Origin: Amphiscolops sp. MND2022
Lineage: Eukaryota
Assembly: GCA_964187785.1 (NCBI GenBank)
Contig: CAXLNC010001319.1
Coordinates: 62,001 to 126,000, forward strand
Direction: 5' to 3'
DNA: 64,000 bases
The position numbers and the translations under genes were made by a program. Positions 59,256 to 64,000 of the stretch are shown here, one piece after another. The first letter of the stretch is position 1. Every line of letters begins with the position of its first letter. A model generated the notes under the pieces. It had not been told where the DNA came from and made no database searches. It was given only the letters and a program-made list of their open reading frames with translations.

Positions 59256-62200
59256 ATGTTCCATCCCACAGAGATGGCTAACGCTCTAACACCTACAAGT
59301 TGGTTTTACTCCTTATACTTGCATACTCCTGAAAGATACAATAATAATGATCATCCTTCAAGATTAGAAATCTTATTGGTGCTTCCATTTCGGTACTCAA
59401 TTACTCTACTTATCTCACAATTCCAAAACAACTCAACATAAAATGTAACGACAAAACAAATCTTATTTCAAAAACGTTAACTGTTGCAAACCAAACTGAA
59501 GTTCCTATTTTACATTATATAACTATCCCTTCAAATACATCTATTGAACACAATTCTCGACAAAATTATCATTCCCTTTGCTGTTGCAGATATTAAGTAT
59601 AACGTTCTTGGTACTCCCTTCTTCGAAGTATATATACAAAACATTAATGTTCATGATTTACATTACAATTCAAAGACCAATACATAGATCAACCAATATG
59701 AATAATCTTTTGGTATTAAAGATGTAAGTTTAGTATTATAAGTTATGATACTAAATTTACATCTTTAATACCAAAAGATTATCCATTTTTCTCAGGTGTT
59801 TGTAGAATCAATTCTAGATTACAAATTCGTTTAAACCCCAATTCCTCAAAAAATTTACCCTTTTCAATAAAGAACTATTTTAATCTTCACTTTACTACCA
59901 CTCCAAAAAATCAATTCTTGCCAACAAAACCACATACCTACTTCTCTATTAAATTTCGTACAAATTTCAGTTTCATTGAAGTTTTCACTGATGACAGACT
60001 TGATAATTGTTCAACAACTATTCAAAACTCCACAAATTACCTTGCAACACTTCCGAAAGGACACATTGGTTACATTGAAGTAGCATTTACAAATGAGAAA
60101 CCGAAATACTATCAAGTTAAAGATTTAAACAATCTTATACACAATGTAGCTTATACTTATCCCCAGATCTAACTGAACCCGTTCCACAATCTGATTATGA
60201 TACACCTACATCAAATAATACATCTTCTTTCATTCATGTTTCTTACACAAAAGTTATATGACACCTGCTACATTACATGATATACCTCAGTCAAACATTT
60301 ATAACGTCCAACCTACCTGACACATCAAAGTCACGTATTCTTCCCACATTGCTATGCTCAAAAGAAACTCTTCAATTTGTTATTAAATTTAATTTTCAAT
60401 TTTATGATATCACCGATACGGAGTATGTTACCTTATGTAACTTATTGGTGAAACACAAGAATTGTTATACGACACATCAAAACGATGTTGGAAGAATCGC
60501 TACCTCCCTTAGAATCCGTTTAAAATCAAATGCTCAAATTTCTACACAACGTCCTTCTGAAGTACCTAATCACTACAAAGACAAACTAGAGAAACACAAT
60601 ATTATTAAACACATTGCCTCTTTTCCTGAAGACAATTCCAACTATGGAACTTTTTATTTACACCCTCTTATTATAATACCTAGAGGTGATTCAATCAAAT
60701 GTGTTTTAGACGGAAGACATTTAAACTGAAATACAGAACAACATGATGTATCATGGTCTATAGAACCACTTGCTCCCCAATTAGCCCGTGCAAACAGAAG
60801 CACAAATCTGCTATCGACCCCTTGTATGCTTATGCACACACTCCTCTTGATCAAACAATCATTAAACTTACACGTTTCGCCTCGCGTGACAACCTTTTGA
60901 CTTTCATTCCAGGTTTTTACGGCCTTATAGGCATACCAAACTTCTCCACAAACAAATGTGCTCCTTCTTCAAAACACTTTAAGAACAAGGTTTTGCTATC
61001 GTTTACTTTGATGACATTATAATACTTTCAAACTAAACAGAACGTATGTTCCAATTTATTGAACAACTCCAATTATAAGTACAAGACACAATTTAAATTT
61101 AGCTAGGGAAAAATCATTTTTTGTGTTACTCAAAGTTAAATTCCTTAGACATGAAATTTTGTATAATACAATTAAACCTATAAACTCCAAAATTGCTGCA
61201 ATTTATTAACTTTCCTCTCCAACTAGTAAAGTTGCTCTTATGAGTTTTATATGTGCACTCAACTTTAAAACCGAATTCATTGAAAAACTTCATATCACAT
61301 TTCTAGGATTCATCACACAAAAATACTCCATGGACTTGGACTACAGAACATGAAACAAAATTTTTTTCACAGAATAAAAAACGCACTAACTTTTGATGCA
61401 GGACTTACAAAACCAAATACAAAACACCCTTTCCTTATTACAGCTGATGCTTCCTCAATTGGACTAGGCGCAGTTTTTTTCCAACTTAACGAGGACAACA
61501 AAATGAAAGTTTTATCGTATAACTAACGTATACTTAACCCTCAAGAATAAAAATAACTGAATCGTGAACTACTTGGTATAGTACATGAACTGCAAATCAT
61601 TGAGTTCCTTATCATAGGACCTCCACATCCGATTCACACATTCACAGATCACAAACCTCTTTTACACTGTTTTACAAAAAACGGAAATCTTAGTCCACGC
61701 TTCTACTGTGCTCAAATGCAACTCACAAGATTTTCAAAACTCAAAAGTATCCATACTCCTGGCTGAAACTTGTCTGTTGCAGACATGCTTAGTCGTTCTT
61801 CTACAAAAATTGAACTCCAACTGAATCAAGTAAAACATAAACAACATCCACCAAAAATAAATTTTGCTATATTACAAAAGAATACCTTGACACCTGTTGG
61901 CGCCAGTCAATTGCAATACAAGAAATTGAGTTTTGAATAGGACTGGTCACACTTATAACTCAAAACACTTAGTAACTTTATCAAGATTTTGTTTGGAAAA
62001 GTACAAGTCTTAGCAAAAAGACCCTTTGTAAAAAAGGGCCACCCTCTTCTTCAATCACCGTGAATGTTGACATGTATGTACTAGAAGTGATTTTCAAATA
62101 TTCACTCGAAACATCCATCCCCATATCTCCGCTGGGTTTTGAGCAATTAACACACAAAGTGACCTAGATCAGACTTCAAGAAAACCCAATTTCGATAGAC

Positions 62201-64000
62201 AAATTATTTTGTGATTTTCACAAATGACCTTGAAGGAAATGTAACCCTGTTTGAATTAATGATATTCACATTGTGTAAACATACTTCCTAGCCCACCTAA
62301 CCAACATGCCAATTTACCACATAGTTTGTTTTCTTAGTCAAGAACTTCATTTTATGCTTTAATTGTCATTTATTTATACTTACTAATACTTGCTTATGTT
62401 TACTGTAGAGTTGTAAACGATATATACACCTCTACTAGAAAGACACTTTCACGACTGAATAGATTTTGTCAAGTTGAGTCTCAGAAACGCGAGATTAAAT
62501 AACTTTCCACATCTTTACAACTTTTCGCTAGTGTCCATTACTTAATACAGCACGAAGAAATACTACCACACCAAAAATATGACTCAGATCCTATCCTTGC
62601 TGATTATGGAACAGATCAATTTTCAATTCGTATCAAAGGTAAAGGTACCGACATAATTGTGAAACCCTTAGAATCCTTTTCCTTTAAATTTATCACACCT
62701 TTTCGAAACAAGTTTAAAACACCCGGTAAAAAAACATAACAGGTCTTTACACCAAAATCTTTACTTCCTAAGGACACTGATGTTACTTGTGATGATGATG
62801 ATCATAGATATACTCGGATTCCAAAATTTGTGTCGTTTCCATTCCACTAATCAATTAACTAACACACCTCCAAAACCCACTCTAACAACTTCAGAACCGT
62901 ATTCTGTACTCACAAATCTAAAACCTTTCTCTCCCTCTACTTCTGTAGTTGATATACCAGACTCTATTGTACTCTCTACACATAACTCTCTAGTCATACT
63001 TTTTTCCCAACCGTTTCTCTTTGAATACAAAATTTATTTTCAGGGTTTTTTTCCACATGACTTCTCCTTAGACCTAATAACACTACAACAACAACAACAA
63101 ACTTAAGACAAGATCTTGTTTTAAAGCCTGTATATCACTGGATACGCCTCATTGCTAAACCTGATTTTCCAACGCCTTTGATACATGATTCTCCATTTTT
63201 ACTTGCCTAATATAAAAACTTCTCTCAACTTTTTATTGATGATGATAACAATCTGACTAGTTTATACAAGAAAAACAAATTCTCTTCTGATACAGAACCT
63301 AACATCACTCCATCACACATCTACAGTGACATCCGAGTTTGTCTACCTTTTAGACTTTTCAGAGCAGCTTTCAACAAACTACACGCCCATAGTTTTACTG
63401 GAACTAAAAATACTCACAAAACATTTACCCAATACTACTACATCCCATTTCTCGAAAAAGGGTTTTCTATTTTTTCCATACATGACTGTCTTGATTGTCA
63501 AGGCAGTAAACACTTCAATATGAAAAACAATACAGCTCCTCTTCAATCCTTTTCAGAACATGCTCGATTTTTAACTATCGTGTATCGATGGACACTAAAA
63601 GTCCTCTCAATCCACTTTCTCAAAACAATTTTTATATGCACGTCATTGTCGACGCTTTTTGTCATTTTGTTGTTACAGTACCAATCGAATCTAATATTGC
63701 CAAAACAGCAGTCAACACTCTCTTAAATCCCTTGGATTCTCAAATTTGGCCCTCCAATTTGTCTTGTTACTTATTGCGGATCAGAAAACATTCATACTGA
63801 TATGGCAGATCTTTATCTTCTCATGGGTATTAGACATTCTCCCAGAACACCCTACTCTCCTAGGCCTAATGGACTCGTTGAAGTACAAAATAAAATTTTG
63901 GTACCCATTTTTGTATGTTTCTACAAAACAATCCCAAAGATTGGGCTTACCAAGTTCATATGACGCTTTTGCACATAATTCACAACCCCTTTCAGCGCTA
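59256..64000 (+). pseudogene. pol: pol remnant of element D
   Basis: MFHPTEMANALTPTSWFYSLY..; RT ..PLIIIPRGDSIKCVLDGRHLN; RH TADASSIGLGAV..FTDHKPL..VADMLSRS; IN ..HDCLDCQ..VIVDAFCHF..NGLVEVQNK. Confidence 0.85.
61895..62531 (+). repeat. Truncated BEL/Pao LTR related to the 35565-40462 element, inserted in pol of D
   Basis: Starts TGTTGGCGCCAGTCAATTGC and aligns to the reverse complement of 36447-35800; the host frame resumes at tgtccattac (..TPVHYLIQHEE). Confidence 0.8.

Larger units (their letters stand above)
56026..64000 (+). mobile_element. Heavily decayed Ty3/gypsy element D related to family C, running off the window
   Basis: Leader repeats, gag, PR, RT, RH and IN remnants in order. 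Confidence 0.8.

Overview
AT-rich eukaryotic (animal-like) genomic window that is almost entirely a nest of LTR retrotransposons. The only host-gene candidate is a rhodopsin-like GPCR (6614-7771, minus) broken by an in-frame TAG. Two full-length Ty3/gypsy elements can be delimited by LTRs and 5-bp TSDs: element A (15934-30666, minus, TSD CATGG) and element B (32668-53604, plus, TSD CTCGC, 2.4-kb LTRs). B contains a young, internally deleted BEL/Pao element (35565-40462, TSD CCAAC). A is inserted in, and B probably also lies within, an older env-bearing gypsy element C (LTR-like repeats at 8944-9351 and 55423-55832). A decayed gypsy element D runs from about 56 kb to the window end. The main finding is that A and B, although divergent, each carry between pol and the 3' LTR a homologous antisense gene of about 4 kb. 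It has GT-AG introns, two at shared positions, and encodes a zinc-finger protein that looks derived from a hAT transposase. In B, the region upstream of this gene holds an array of co-varying 6-5-6 inverted repeats. In both elements gag starts inside the LTR and reads through the PBS. All family assignments come from motif recognition by eye; no searches were run and the host species is not determined.
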